Shown: in pieces, positions 48,902-63,084 of the stretch
Position numbering within the stretch: the first letter of the stretch is position 1
How the letters are laid out: each line of letters opens with the position of its first letter
From: Octopus sinensis
Taxonomy: Eukaryota
Assembly: GCF_006345805.1 (NCBI RefSeq)
Contig: NC_043018.1
Location: forward strand, 27,590,001 to 27,654,000
DNA: 64,000 nt
Direction: 5' to 3'
Notes under the pieces: model-generated
Seen by the model: the letters and a program-made list of their open reading frames with translations, nothing else
Database searches by the model: none
What the model was told of the DNA's origin: nothing
Made by a program: the position numbers and the translations under genes

Positions 48902-49940
48902 TGTGCGTCTATATAAATATATATATATATGTGTGAGTGTGTATGTAAATATATATATATGAATAAATAAATGGAGTTTAACGCAGGTGTAATCAAATAT
49001 TTTTACTTTCGACACATGTTTCCAAAACTCCACTGATACTATTCAAAAGAATAAATGGTATAAACAATGCAATCTTCTCCTCAGGAAAGTGAAAAAAGCG
49101 AAACTTGTCAATAAGACATTTTAGCAAAAATGATGGATTTGTATAGCGATAGACAGAACGCTATTAATATATATATATATATATTATATATATATATAAT
49201 ATATATATATATATTCCCATATATATATATAGGCTCCGTTAAGGGTTTCGAAACTTGAAATAGCAAGGAATCCGAAATAAACTCTTTTGGATAACACATG
49301 TAACTTCTTAATAAATGTGTTGGGTGACCTTTTGTTTATCCCCTTATACCCCCCCCCCACACACACACATCAATGGAATACTTGCTGATGAATTGTTTTT
49401 AATTGTTAACAATAAATTTCAACCCTCAACTCGTCCCTATTCCTATCGGATCCTGCGGTGTCCTTTTGCTTGACAATTTCGAAGCCAGTAACAAGAATTC
49501 TCTCCCCAAAATACTTTGCTATAAACGAAAGACATTAAGCTGAATGCAACCGTTAAGCTTAAGGTTATGACTAAGTTTTTCTAGATTTGTTGTTTGGTGA
49601 ACGATTAAATTCTAGATTTGGTGTAAGGTTTCCATTAGGATTAGAATTATGGCGAGGTGCTATTGCTTTAGAAATTGCTTAATGTTTCTTTGACACAAGT
49701 GCTACTGGCAGTCTTATGGGGTCACCAGGAGAGAATGCGCACCGTTTCGGGGGCCTTCCTCTTGACGGTATAATTGCGCACCACCCATCCCCCACTTCAC
49801 TGACATGAAACCCCACTTGCTAGATCAACAGACTATTAGAATTCACTCAATACTTTTTCTTGGCAAGGCGGCGATCTGGCAGTTTCGTTAGCACGCCGGG
49901 CTAAATGCTTAGTGGTATTTCGTCTGCCGCTATGCTCTGA
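48247..49940 (+). repeat. ~245-bp near-identical direct duplication (48247-48491 and 49696-49940)
   Basis: CAAGTGCTACTGGCAGTCTTATGGGG...TATGCTCTGA in both copies. Confidence 0.9.
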
Positions 49941-50007
49941 TATATACATTATATATATATATATATATATAATATATATATATTATATATATATTATTAT
50001 ATATATA

Positions 50008-50046
<39 letters not shown>

Positions 50047-50532
50047 GTATATGCGTATGTGTGTGCTTGCATGTATGTATGTATGTATGTATGTATGTAT
50101 GTATGTATGTATGTATATATATATATATATATATAATATATATATAATATATATAGAATATAATATATTCTATGGGTTGATTTGAAAGACTGAGGTTTAT
50201 CTCAGTTCCTAGGATTAGAAATAAGATTCGTGTTTTGGTGAAAAAAAAATTATGATGTAGAAAAACATTGGTGTTGGGATTACTTCGCCTTACTAAATGG
50301 CTGAAAGTTCATTGAATAGAAAACTAAACTTTGAAAATAATATAAAGTTTCAGAATTATGGCAATTAGCAAAATCGTTAGCATTTGTTCAGGCTATTCCC
50401 CATCCCACTTCCTTCTGTTGTGCGTTCCCTTTCCGCTTGGTTCTGAGTTCGAATCTCTCCAAGATTAATGTTAAATTTTGTACCTTTGGACCATCATTTA
50501 AGTTCCTCCTTTCTCTCTCTCTACACTCTCCC

Positions 50533-50568
<36 letters not shown>

Positions 50569-51171
50569 TCCCTCTCTCAGTAAATGTGAATGTACATGTA
50601 TATATATATATATATACATGTACATGTGTATATATATATATTTATACCCTGTTAAAAATGGTTGATAAAGCGGGTATAAATACTGATTTCAAATTTTGGT
50701 ACAAGGCCAGCAATTTCGGGGGATGGGGTAACTAGATTACCTCGAACTCCCCTCCCCCCAGGCAATTTGAACTCAGAGCGAACGAAGGACCAAATGCCAT
50801 TAAGCATTTTGTCAGGCATGCTAACGATTCTGGCAGCTAAACGCCTTCGTGATTACACGGATTGGTTTCAAATCCGTCTAAAGGCAAATTCGACCTGCGT
50901 GGAATTTCAACCAGCAACGTGAAACCGAACGAAATTCCGCTACGCATTTTACTCGACGCGGTAGATTTCGGCCAGCTCTACCCCTTGCTAACTAAATATA
51001 TTGATACTGTATAATTGCTTTCTTGGGTTATTTTATCTGGTTAGGAGAATACATAATGGTTACTAGTATCGGAGATTTTGTAGCACACACACGTATATAT
51101 AAATATGTGTGTAACACCAAATATATAGTGCGTGTTTTATTGGCTAAACTGGCAAATGACCATTCCTAAAT

Positions 51172-51260
<89 letters not shown>

Positions 51261-51274
51261 TCTTTACTCTGCTA

Positions 51275-51680
51275 TTCTTTTCTTTGTTTCAGTCATTTGA
51301 CTGCGGCCATATTGGAACACCGCCTTTAGTCGAGCAAATCGACCCCAGGACTTATTCTTTAGAAGCCTAGTTCTTATTTTATCGTTATCTTTTGCCGACA
51401 GCTAAGTTACAGGGACGTAAACACACCACCATCGGTTTTTTAAACGATGCTGGGGGAAGACAAACACAGAGACACAGACATATACACACACATACATATA
51501 TATATATATATACATATATACGACGGGCTTCTTTCAGTTTCCGTCTACCAAACCCACTCACAAGGCTTTGGTCGGCCCGAGACTATAGTAGAAGGCACTT
51601 GCACAAGGTGTCACGAAGAGGGAATGAACCCGGAACCATGTGGTTGGTTAGCAAGCTACTTACCACGCAGCCACTCCTGT
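51275..51680 (-). mobile_element. SINE family A
   Basis: Homology to other copies. Confidence 0.85.
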
Positions 51681-53651
51681 ATGTATATATATATGTACAC
51701 AGTGTTCACAAATTATAATTATACAAATGTAATTATCTTCACTAATTACTCGATTTATTATATCTATTACAGACTCATCAATCAACTTGCTTGCAACCAA
51801 CAGGGCCCATGAGGAAGTGTTCGTGCATGTATATGTGCATGTAGGTCGGCGGGTATGTGTGTATGTGCGTTTGCGTATGTGGGTGCGTGCGTGTGTATGT
51901 GTGTGTGTGTGCGCACACTTATGTATTAGAATGTAGTGTTTGGCGAGTATGCACATTCTTGATATTAATGACTCTGATGAAGCAATAAGATGTTGCACAA
52001 GCGGTCTACTGTGAGTGCACTGTATCTTATAGCAGAAACAGATGTAAGCTAATGATGCCGATTGTGTAGCTCCTGTTTGTTAAGTTGTCATTCATCGGTG
52101 GATTTATATATGTTTGTGTGTGTGTGCATATTTGTGTGTACGTGAGTGTGTGTGCGTGCATGCGTGTGTGTACATATGTGTGTGTGTGGGTACGTGTGCG
52201 TTCGAGCGTGTGTGTGTGTGCGTGTGTGTTTGGGCGTGTAGGTATGTGTGTGTATGCTCGGTTTTTGTCATTCAAATCCATTCTGGTTATGTTAAAGAAT
52301 TCTGGTTGAGCCAGGAGCCAGCAATCCCTTTCCTTAAAATAAAACAGGTTGCTGCGGAATCTACCCAAAGAAATAAGCGAAAAACCAGAGGTAGGCAAGT
52401 TGGTTATGGATGGATGGAAATACTGTGTGGATGAACTGATGTACAGTGCATCGGGGGACGGACTAAAGTCTTAAAAATTTGTTTGTGCCTTGATGTCGGG
52501 TTTAAGTTTAGATTTCTTTTCCTGTTACGTTTAGTGTTTTTACTAAAATTTAGACCTAGATTAAAGATTCGCTGGAATGGTAAGGTGCAATCTAAAACAA
52601 GAAATAAAAAAAATAATTGTTTATATTAGTTTAGTTGTTATCAAGGATATTTTTGTTTAACCCCAGCTCAGCTGTGGTTGAACAGGTTTATCTTTGATCA
52701 AATGTAGTTGAGTTATGGCCATCCATCGTATTTTGTTTAGGATAAGTAAAGATCGAATGTTGCAATATGTTCCTTGTCTCTTAAAACGGTAAGGGGTAAT
52801 TTTTATGGGGTATTTGACTGTTATTTTTAGCCTTGCAAGCGACTGATTACGTTAACGCATCATCGTCGTCTCGGGATGTTTCGCTAGCTCGAACTATCTC
52901 TGAAGTAAACTTTCACATTGGAAGCACTCCGTCGGTTACGACGACGAGGGTTCCGGTTGATCCGATCAACGGAACAGCCTGCTCGTGAAAGTAACGTGTA
53001 AGTGGCTGAGCACTCCACAGACACGTGTACCCTTAACGTAGTTCTCGGGGATATTCAGCGTGACACAGAGAGTGACAAGGCCGGCCCTTTGAAATACAGG
53101 TACAACAGAAACAGGAAGTAAGAGTGAGAGAAAGTTGTGGTGAAAGAGTACAGCATTGATCACCACCATCCCTGCCGGAGCCTCGTGGAGCTTTTAGGTG
53201 TTTTCGCTCAATAAACACTCACAACGCCCGGTCTGGGAATCGAAACCGCGATCCTACGACCGCGAGTCCGCTGCCCTAACCACTGGGCCATTGCGCCTCC
53301 ACAAACTTTCACATACACATAGTGAGAAAAAAAAAATCAAGACGAGAATAACAACAACATATTTCACATCAGCACCTACAACAACAACAACATTCACGAC
53401 AGCGACAACGGAATAATTAAAACGAAATATTTTAATAAAAATGCGGTTAAGTATTCGAAAAACGTCAAAAAGAAAATACGTACAATACAAATGATACAAC
53501 AATACCATCAAGAATAACAACAACTATCTCTGAAGCATACAACAACAGTTGAAAACTCTTCCACAAGACGTGTTCTTATTTTTTGCGTTCTTTGATTATT
53601 TATGAAGAATTCAGGTTTTCTATGGCCGGGAGAGTTATGCAATTAGCGTTC

Positions 53652-54072
53652 GTTTTGGCTAAAGCCCCAGTGTATATGCCGTGGTCAGTGTTTGCCATGG
53701 TCAGATTGTTTTGGCTAATTCACCAGTGTATATGCCATGGCCACTATTTGTTTCAGCTAAAACTCCAGTGTATATACCGTGGCCACTGTTTTTGCTAAAG
53801 CACCAGTTTATATGCTGTGGTCCTGTTTATTATGGCTAAAACCCCAGTGTATATGCCATGGTCACTGTTTTTGCTAAAGCACCAGTTTATATGCCATGGT
53901 CACTGTTTGTTTTGGCTAAAACCCCAGTGTATATACCGTGGCCACTGTTTTTGCTAAAGCACCAGTTTATATGCTGTGATCACTGTTTGTTTTGGCTAAA
54001 GCACCTGTGTATATGCCATGGTCACTGTTTGTTTTGGCTAAAGCACCATTATATATGCCGTAATCACTGTTG
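53652..54072 (+). repeat. ~40-bp minisatellite, about 10 units
   Basis: Unit approximately TGTTTTGGCTAAAGCACCAGTGTATATGCCATGGTCACTGTT. Confidence 0.9.
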
Positions 54073-54159
54073 ATTTTTCTATAGTGGTAGGGTTAATGTC
54101 ACAGTTTTAATTCTCGTAATTTCAGTGAGTGTTAAAGTTCTACCATTGGTTTAACCTTT

Positions 54160-54671
54160 AACAGAGGGGTTGCCCCCCCCCGCCCATTTCGTTGCGCCTT
54201 ATGCTTGGTATACTCGTATGTACAAAATTTAGCAAATATTTCAGTTATAACATTTATACAATACTCGCAAGACTATTTGCGACAGAAGTCGCATTTGCAG
54301 TATGACTTAAAACGTTTTGACTGGAACAGAAAATCGTCTGGCAATTGCCATTTGAAGGGAAATTTTGTTATCACTGTAAAACATATATTGCTGTGTTTGT
54401 ACTACCCCCTTGAGACACAACTACACTCAATCTGGAAGATATAGAATACCTCATGAGCAATATAAACGTCCTAAATTCAACGGCGGCATTTATGAAGATG
54501 CTACGCGTTAATTTAATGTGTTAAACTTATTATTAATGTATATCGAATTATACATAGATATATACAAGATTCACACAAATATAAGTGTTATAATTTATGA
54601 CCTACCCAACGACCTTTATCTTTGGAAATCTTTGCCTTCTCCCACCGCACTAAAAAGTTTCGCCACCCCTG
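54160..54671. mobile_element. Possible hAT-type non-autonomous remnant
   Basis: Right end reads CAGGGGTGGCGAAAC on the minus strand, typical of hAT TIRs. Left end is weak. Confidence 0.3.
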
Positions 54672-54799
54672 TTTAAATATTAGAGTAAAATTCATGATTA
54701 TTGATGGTATAGGTTTAGTAACATTGAATGTATAAGAGCTACAGTAGATTTGGTCATATTGGTAGTGTGATAGCGTTATTAATTAACAATAGTAATGAT

Positions 54800-55860
54800 C
54801 TTTTCTACTCTAGGCACAAGACCTGCATTTTTGTGCAAAGGGAGATAATCGATCACATTGACCCCAGTACTTGACTGGTACTTAATTTAACGACACCGAA
54901 AGGATGAAAAGCAAAGTGGACCTCGGCGGAATTTGAACTCAGGACGTAAAGACAGACGAAATACCTATTTCTTTACTACCCACAAGGGGTTAAACACAGA
55001 GTGGACAAACAAGGACAGACAAACGGATTAAGTTGATTATATCGACACCAGTGCGTAACTGGTACTTATTTAAGTGGCGAGCTGGCAGAAACGTTTGCTC
55101 GCCGGGCGAAATGCTTAGCAGTATTTCGTCTGCCGCCACTTTTCTGAGTTCAAATTCCGTCGAGGTCAACTTTGCCTTTCATCCTTTCGGGGTCGATTAA
55201 ATAAGTACCAGTTACGCACTGGGGTCGATATAATCGACTCAATCCGTTTGTCTGTCCTTGATTGTCCCCTTCTGTGTGTAGCTCCTTGTGGGTAGTAAAG
55301 AAATAGGTACTTATTTAATCGACCCCGTAAGAATGAAAGGCAAAGTCGACCTCGGTGGAATTTGAACTCAGAACGTAGCAGCAGACGAAATACCGCTAAG
55401 CATTTCGTCCAGCGTGCTAATGATTCTGCCAGATTACTGCCTTTAATAATAATAATAATAATAATCTCCCATTGTGGCACAGGGCTGTCGGTTACATGGA
55501 CCTCCCCCTCCCCCAGTTCTCAACTAGTACTTATTTCATCAACCCCGAAAGGATGAAATGTACAGTCGACCTCAGGAGTATTTGAACTCATAACGTAAAG
55601 ATGGATGAAATGCTGTTAAGCATTTCGCCCAGCATGCTAACGATTCTGCCATCTCGCCGCCTTTATTAACTATAGTAATAATGTGTATCTTTTGTTATCA
55701 TCTAGCCAGCCAGCTGGCAGAACCGTTGGCACGTCGGTCGAAATGCTTAGCGATATTTCTTCCACATTTACGTTCTGAGTTCCAATTCAGTTGAGGCTGA
55801 CTTTGCCTTTTATCCTTTCGGTGTCGATCAAATAAGTACCAGGTGAACACTGTGAGTTGA
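54800..55860. mobile_element. Cluster of five SINE family C copies in mixed orientation
   Basis: 54800-55060 (-), 55072-55310 (+), 55300-55440 (-), 55505-55665 (-), 55705-55860 (+). Confidence 0.8.
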
Positions 55861-55965
55861 AGTAATAGTCGTTATCCCTGGGTATTGATATAAAAAAATG
55901 TCATCACTCTGCCAAGCATTGCGGAACCAGTGTGGCAGAGTAGATTCATCAAACTAGTAATATCA

Positions 55966-55998
<33 letters not shown>

Positions 55999-56006
55999 GC
56001 AGTAGT

Positions 56007-56058
<52 letters not shown>

Positions 56059-57217
56059 ATGTGCCATGGTTATCGCTGTTGCTACTGATAATGTTATTTT
56101 TTTCAAAAAATATAGTAATTTGCATTTACCATTTTCATGGCCCTTGCATTGAATCTAAGCATCACTCTCTTAACTATTCGTTTCTTTATTCCGATGGCGT
56201 CTCTGAGTACACGTCATTAGGAAAAGGTTAATTTCAACTTTGGTTCACGATTTCAGTCGAACACAGGATCAAGGGCAGCGTCAAAGTTATCATTTATCGT
56301 CGCATTCTGTGAATAAATGCTTCAGATAAGGTTGGAAACTCGATATTCCAAAGAAAAACAACAACAGCAGCAACAGGAAAAACAACGACAACAAATTAGA
56401 TGGTTCTGCTTCAGAGATGAAAGCCCGAGAAGTTCATATACGCGCGTTCATTTTGAATTGATAAAAGGTGTTTTTTTTCTAATATTTTATATATATATAT
56501 ATAGTTGTTAATCCAAACAAGAAAGCACAAAAAAAAAAAACACAACAACGCGAGGACGTGGAACAAATATAGTATTATTGGACGATCAGGAAAGAAGGAA
56601 AGAAGGAGGGTTTAACATTTCGAGCGGAACTCTTCGTCGGAAACATAGGAGAAGGAAAGATCCAGAGAAGGGAAGACAGAGGAAAAAATCGCCAACGGTA
56701 CACACGAGGTCACATTTTGAAAGGGTTAATTATATACATATATGCATATGTATGTGTGTGCACGCGCACGGATGTGTTTGCGTCTGTTTTTCCACCCCAT
56801 TCTTTGATAACCGGTGTTAGTGTGTTTAGCCCTCGTAACATAGCGGTTCCGCAATAGAGACCGATAGAATAAGAACCAGGCTTCAAAAAAAAGAAGCACT
56901 CGGGCAGATTCGTTCTACAGAAATTCTCAAAGGCGTTGCCTAAGCATATCGCTGCAGCCTCATGACTGAAAGAAACAGTGTGTGTATGTGTGTATGCATG
57001 TGTGTGTGTTTGTGTGTGTGCGCGCGTATGTGTTTGTGTGTGTGTGTATGTGTTTGTGTGTGCGTGTGTGGATGTTGGAGTTTGCATACATACGTATATA
57101 TGTGTGTATGGGCATGCATTCATGGATGTGCAGCCATAAGTCAAGATGAGGAAGTCCATGTGTGTACATCTCTGTACACATGTAAGTATGCATAGGCATT
57201 CGTATCAAAGTATGTGC

Positions 57218-57360
<143 letters not shown>

Positions 57361-58887
57361 TGTTTTTGCAAACATATGCATATATATACGTTTATGTGTG
57401 TCTGTGTGTGTGTTTTTATCCGTCATGCAACGGGTGACTTTGAAAATATGGTAATAATTATAATTTAATTTTTATCAAATTTCTTGTTTCTGATACAAAA
57501 TAAAGAAACGTATACTAATTTTCTAAAGAAAAAATTTATTACTTAAATTAAAGATAATTAAAACAAAATTCTCATTTGTATAACTCCTCCCATAACTATC
57601 TTGTTATTTCCTCCCCTCTATTCGTCGTCCCCTGTCTCTAACATTCTTGTTCTATTACTCCATGCGTGTGTGAGTCTGTGTGAGTGTGAAACGTTCCTTG
57701 ACACATTGCCTGCCATCAAGCCTAGTATGTACACTCATCCCGCCCTTCTTACGTTAGTTTACTCTGCGTCTCTTCAATACTTTGTCTCCTCTCCTTTCTA
57801 TATAATGTAAAATGTCACTGGAGAAATCAACCAACACCCAACGAACAGTTATTTCTTTGTCAAAGAGGTCGTATTGTTGGGCAATCTTAGGCTAGTCTTA
57901 ACCAGTGAACAATTGCCGAAAATCTTTAAATTCCTCTTGCTACTATTAATAGAATTATAGTGCAATTCAAAAGCCAAGGAAAAGAATCAACAGATTCTCG
58001 TCCCGGCCGACCTGGGCCCTCGGAAAGGCTTTCATTCCCCTTATGTTTGTTTTCTCATTCCCAAATAGATTGGTAGGTTTCGTGTTTGAGGCTCCAATGA
58101 AGCTATAAGGTGTTAATAAAGTGTTATAGATGTGTCTGCTGTATGATGCAATGGGCTCAACAATGTGTCCACTGCATCTTATTGAAGAAACAGCTGTAAG
58201 CTAATGAAGGTCATTTGTGATGGTTGTTGTGGTGGCAGTGACGATGGCAGTGAACATGGTGGGGATGTTGGTGGACGTGGTTGTGATGGTGGTGGTGGTG
58301 GTGGTGTGGTGGTGGTGGTGATCCTGTTAGATATAATGGTGAAGAAAGTGATGAAAAGGAAAACAGAATGTGAGACACGAAGGAAAATATAATAGAGAGA
58401 GAGGACAGCGAATTGTGAAGAACAGAGAGCTGAGAAGAATGACGGAAGAGATTATATGAGTGAGAAGAAGGAAGAGTGAAAATTAGACTTTGAAAGGAGG
58501 ACAGTGCGACAGAAGAGTAGTCGGTAGTAAACGAGAGAGGAGAATAAAAGAGAGAATAAGACCTATGAGAATGAAACTAAAGAGAATATATTAACTCTGT
58601 AAGGCAGAGAACAGGAGTAATAGAGCAGTAAAAGGCAAGCAGAGAAGGTAACAATGTCACATATATCAACAAGCAATAGGACTGATGAGGACAGACCTGT
58701 ATGAAAACATTGTGTCCAGGGTAATTCTTCATTCAATATAGTATTATTAACACTGTAAATTATTTAAATTGCAATCTTTCAATGACGTCAAACTGCTGTC
58801 TATCTCATTATAAAAATCATTAAATAATTAAGCAATGCTGTGATAATGACTACATTCAAAGAATCAAAATAGAAAAAATATATATAT

Positions 58888-59054
58888 AGGCGCAGGAGTG
58901 GCTGTGTGGTAAGTAGCTTGTTTACCAACCACATGGTTCCGGGTTCAGTCCCACTGCGTGGCACCTTGGGCAAGTGTCTTTTACTATAGCCACGGGTTGA
59001 CCAAAGCCTTGTGAGTGGATTTGGTAGACGGAAACTGAAAAGAAGCCCGTCGTA

Positions 59055-59115
<61 letters not shown>

Positions 59116-59360
59116 TATAATATATATGCGTGTGTGTTTGTGTGTCTGTGTTTGTCCCCCTAGCATTGCTTGACAACCCCGATGCTGGTGTGTTTATGTC
59201 CCCGTTACTTAGCGGTTCGGCAAAGGAGACCGATAGAATAAGTACTGGGCTTACAAAAGAATAAGTCCCGGGTTCGAGTTGCTCGATTAAAAGGCGGTGC
59301 TCCAGCATGGCCGCAGTCAAATGACTGAAACAAATAAAAGAGTAAAGGGAGTAAAGAGTA
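58888..59360 (+). mobile_element. SINE family A
   Basis: Homology to other copies. Confidence 0.85.
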
Positions 59361-59641
59361 TATAAGACGCGTATTTTATTCGGATCCCTTTTGCTGATTG
59401 TTTTATAAATTCTCTTCAGAGACATACCGGGAATTATACGGGATTAAAGTAAAATGTACGAGTGTGTGAGTTATTGTATGTTTTTATATTTATTTATATG
59501 CATGCATATGTATACATACACATGCACTATGTATGTATGTATGTATGTATGTATGTATGTATGTATGTATGTATGTATGTATGTATGCGTGCATGTATGT
59601 ATGCGTGCATGTATGTATGTAGGTAGGTATGTATATGCATA

Positions 59642-59820
59642 CACAGCCATTTATTATACGTAATGAAAATACGTCGTGAACAGCAAATTTACTACTGACG
59701 AATAATGGGTTAAATTCAACTTTCATGGCTTACATTAATTATGATACACAGATGGCTATTTTAATCTAGTAGAGCTTCCATTGCATGTGACGGCTATATG
59801 TATGTACATATGTAAATATG

Positions 59821-59851
<31 letters not shown>

Positions 59852-60188
59852 TATATTAAATTAGAGATAAAACCACTATTAGGCAAATCAAACAATGAAA
59901 AACATAAGCCAATACATAAAATTAATTAATATATATTATTTTAAATATATATCAAAAGTATTAAAAGTTTAATAAAAGATATATGTGTATGTGTGTGTAT
60001 ATGTATGTATATGCATACACACACATATGTAATAGGTCATATAAAAGCTTTACTAGATTAAAATAGCCATCTGTGTATCATAATTAATGTAAGCCATGAA
60101 AGTTAAATTTAACCCATTATTCGTCATATTTGCTGTTCACGACGTATTTTCATTACGTATAATGCATTAATGGCTGTGTATGCATATA
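59642..60188. repeat. Inverted pair, ~135-bp arms (59642-59778 and 60045-60188)
   Basis: Reverse-complementary arms with a small indel. Confidence 0.85.
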
Positions 60189-60389
60189 TATACCTATAGT
60201 ACATGTGTGTATGTATACATATGCGTGTGTGTATGTATACATATGCATGCATATAAATAAATATATATATATGTGTGTGTGTGTATGTGTGTCTATGTAT
60301 GCATATGCATACACACACACATATGTAATAGGTCATTTGACTGAAAATGTCTACCATTAGCTGAGAGCATAAAAATTTGAGAAGAAATT

Positions 60390-60503
60390 TATCAAGGATT
60401 TTATAACAGCTCTAGGGTGAAACCTTTACACAGAGCAAATGAAAACTTAATTTACGTCAATCGCAAATCTAATCAACCTAGAGCTGTTATAAAATCCTTG
60501 ATA
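60390..60503. mobile_element. 114-bp MITE-like element with perfect 27-bp TIRs ending in TA
   Basis: TATCAAGGATTTTATAACAGCTCTAGG / CCTAGAGCTGTTATAAAATCCTTGATA. Confidence 0.7.
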
Positions 60504-60692
60504 TGTAAATATATGTGTGTGCGTATGTATATATGTGTATATATATAATATATTATATATATATATATATATATGTATATAATATATTATATATATGATA
60601 TTATATATATATATATAATAGATATATATATATATATATATATATGTATATCATAATATATATATATGTATATATATATATATAGATTATAT

Positions 60693-60735
<43 letters not shown>

Positions 60736-60759
60736 TATCCTATGCATGCACACACGCAA

Positions 60760-61700
60760 GGTAGTGGTAGTGGCAGTGATGGTGATGACGAAAAAGGCGC
60801 TAGTTGCTGCAATGTTGTTGTTGTTGGTGGTGATGGTGGTGGTGACGCTGACGACGAGGATGACGACGACGACCATGAAGCTGACGACGACAATGATCGT
60901 CGCAGGTGCGGTGGGGGGGGGGGGCAGCTGCTGGTGCTGCCGGTGCGGTAACATGTGTTATCGTTAGATGTTGTAACGATGCTGGTGCTTCCAGCTCCAG
61001 CTTCTAGCTTCTAATAATGCTGGTTGTTTTTGTTACTAACTGTTGTCATTGGCCGTTGTAAGGGAAGCACTAGCGCCAATGGGGGCGACGATAGCGACGG
61101 CGGCAGTGTTCATGTCAGTGGAAGTGGTGGTGGTGGTGGTGGTGGTGGTGGCGGCGGTGGCGATGGTGGAGGTGGTGTGAGCGGTGGCGATGGCGTTAAA
61201 AGAAGGCGATATTGAAAGTGAAGTCTAAGACTGACATTTTCAATTTTTCAAACGAATGTGTGAATTACTTGGGACTTGTGGAATTAGAAAGGTTAGAGAC
61301 ACACTACTTACCGGGTGGCGGTGGTGGTGGTGGTGGTGGTGCTGCTGCTGCTGTTGGTGTTGGTGCTGGTGACGGTGATGGCGGCGGCGACGGCAATAGC
61401 ATTGGTTGTGTTGGTGGCACAGGCAGTGACGCAGGTGCTGGTGCTGGTGGTGTTGACGGCGATGGTGGCGGCAATGACGGTGGTAGTCTTGGTGGTGGTA
61501 TTGGGGGAATGATATTGATGGTGGCGGTCGTGACGGTGTTCATGAAAGTGGCGATATTTCTGGTACTGGTGGTGGCAGAGGTGGCGTTGGTACGGATAGT
61601 GAAGGTAGCGTTAGTGGTGGTGGTGGTGGTGGTGGTGGTGGTGATGGTGGTGGTGGTGGTGGTGGTGGTCATCGTCGTCGTCGTAGGGAGTGCAGAAAAT
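60760..61700. repeat. GC-rich (GGT/GAT/GGC)n low-complexity tract
   Basis: Direct inspection. No recognisable protein domain. Confidence 0.85.
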
Positions 61701-61925
61701 AAGTGAAGAAAACGTGAACAGCAGAGATGGTGGGGTTGGGAAAATGAGTTGACACGGTGGGGTAAGGAGTAAATAGAAAATAAGAAATTAGTATGGGAGT
61801 CTGATACAATAAATTTCGTACGAATATCATCGCCGTTATTCAATTGGTGTCTGAATAATGGATGACAACCCTGCCATTTAAATGACGCAAATCTTATATA
61901 TATATATATATATATATATATAGGA

Positions 61926-62035
61926 CAAATACCGGAGCTCTAGGCATTTTTCAGCAGTTATTAAGACAAGGTTCTTGTCTTAACTGATAAAAAATGCCTA
62001 GAAGCTTTCTGCTCTGGTATTTGAAACTCTGAGTA
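61926..62035. repeat. ~105-bp imperfect palindrome
   Basis: CAAATACC.GAGC-TCTAGGCATTTTT..TAAGACAAG GTT CTTGTCTTA..AAAAATGCCTAGA..GCTCTGGTATTTG. Confidence 0.75.
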
Positions 62036-63084
62036 TTATTATTATTATGACAACTAACTGGTTGTCCTATATTACATTTTTAGATAAATTCCTCTATTTA
62101 CATAATATGGATGTCTCATTCATTCTTTTGTTGTCATATTATTATTATTTTTAATATATATATATACATATATCAATACTCGCGCACACGTATATACACA
62201 CGCGCCACGCGAACACATAAGACAAAGATCACGTTTGAAATACAAAGGGAGAGTAAAAGTCCGCTTCACTGAAGCACCTGAAAACTTCACAATCTATCCG
62301 TTAGTATTTAACGCTGCCGATCATCAGACAGACGACTCTCTGATAATCGGTTACATGAAACTCTATATAAAAGTCTGTGAAGTACTTTTAGCTTCAATAA
62401 AAATGATTATCGTTAATGACTACCTGTCGCAGGTTTAGATCTAAACCTGCTAAGATGGTCTAATGTTCTTAAAGTCCCGATAAACTTATATATCAATGCA
62501 GATGCGATTGTTTTTTTGAATGAATTATACCTGAAAAGGTTAACAAGAAATTAATTTCCTAGAAACGTACATTCTCAATGACAAGACATATAATTGCTCT
62601 AAGGGATATACCAAATTTTGTGTTTATAATGTTTTCACCAAAAGTGTAAGTCACCTCTCTCCCCTCTCCATGGTTTCGATGTTGTCCAAGAGAAGAGAAA
62701 TATTGATCCAGCTTGAAACTGTGGTCATCGCAGACATGGCTGTCAGAAAGCAAAGACCTGGAACAGTTACTGCAAGCCTCTCCATATGCTCCATATGACG
62801 AATTTTGCAATTCCATTTCACTGTATTGGCACTTTATTTATTAGCATCGGATGGATGAGAAGCAAAGTTGACTTCAGCGGGATTTGAACTCAAAACAAAT
62901 ACTGCAAATGGCATTCTAGCAAAAAGCTTTAACGACTCTGCCAATTCGCATCAAACCTCTCTCATTGAAGAGCCATAGAATGAAATACGAAGGAAAGTTA
63001 AAGAGAAATTAAAAGAAAATATTGGAAGATTAGACAATGAAGAATTCAAAGTAAAAATGGTGAAGTTGAAGGAAAGTTAAAATT

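Noticed and set aside
49230-49300. CCGTTAA GGGTTTC...GAATCC GAAA HHR-like remnant
   Set aside because: The core is too degenerate and there is no helix I.
58655-58712. CTGATGAGGAC...GAAAAC HHR-like string
   Set aside because: Helix II is mismatched and no valid NUH register matches helix I.
61212-61843. Gly-rich and Pro/Thr-rich ORFs (164 and 179 aa)
   Set aside because: Low-complexity (GGT)n repeats without start or splice context.
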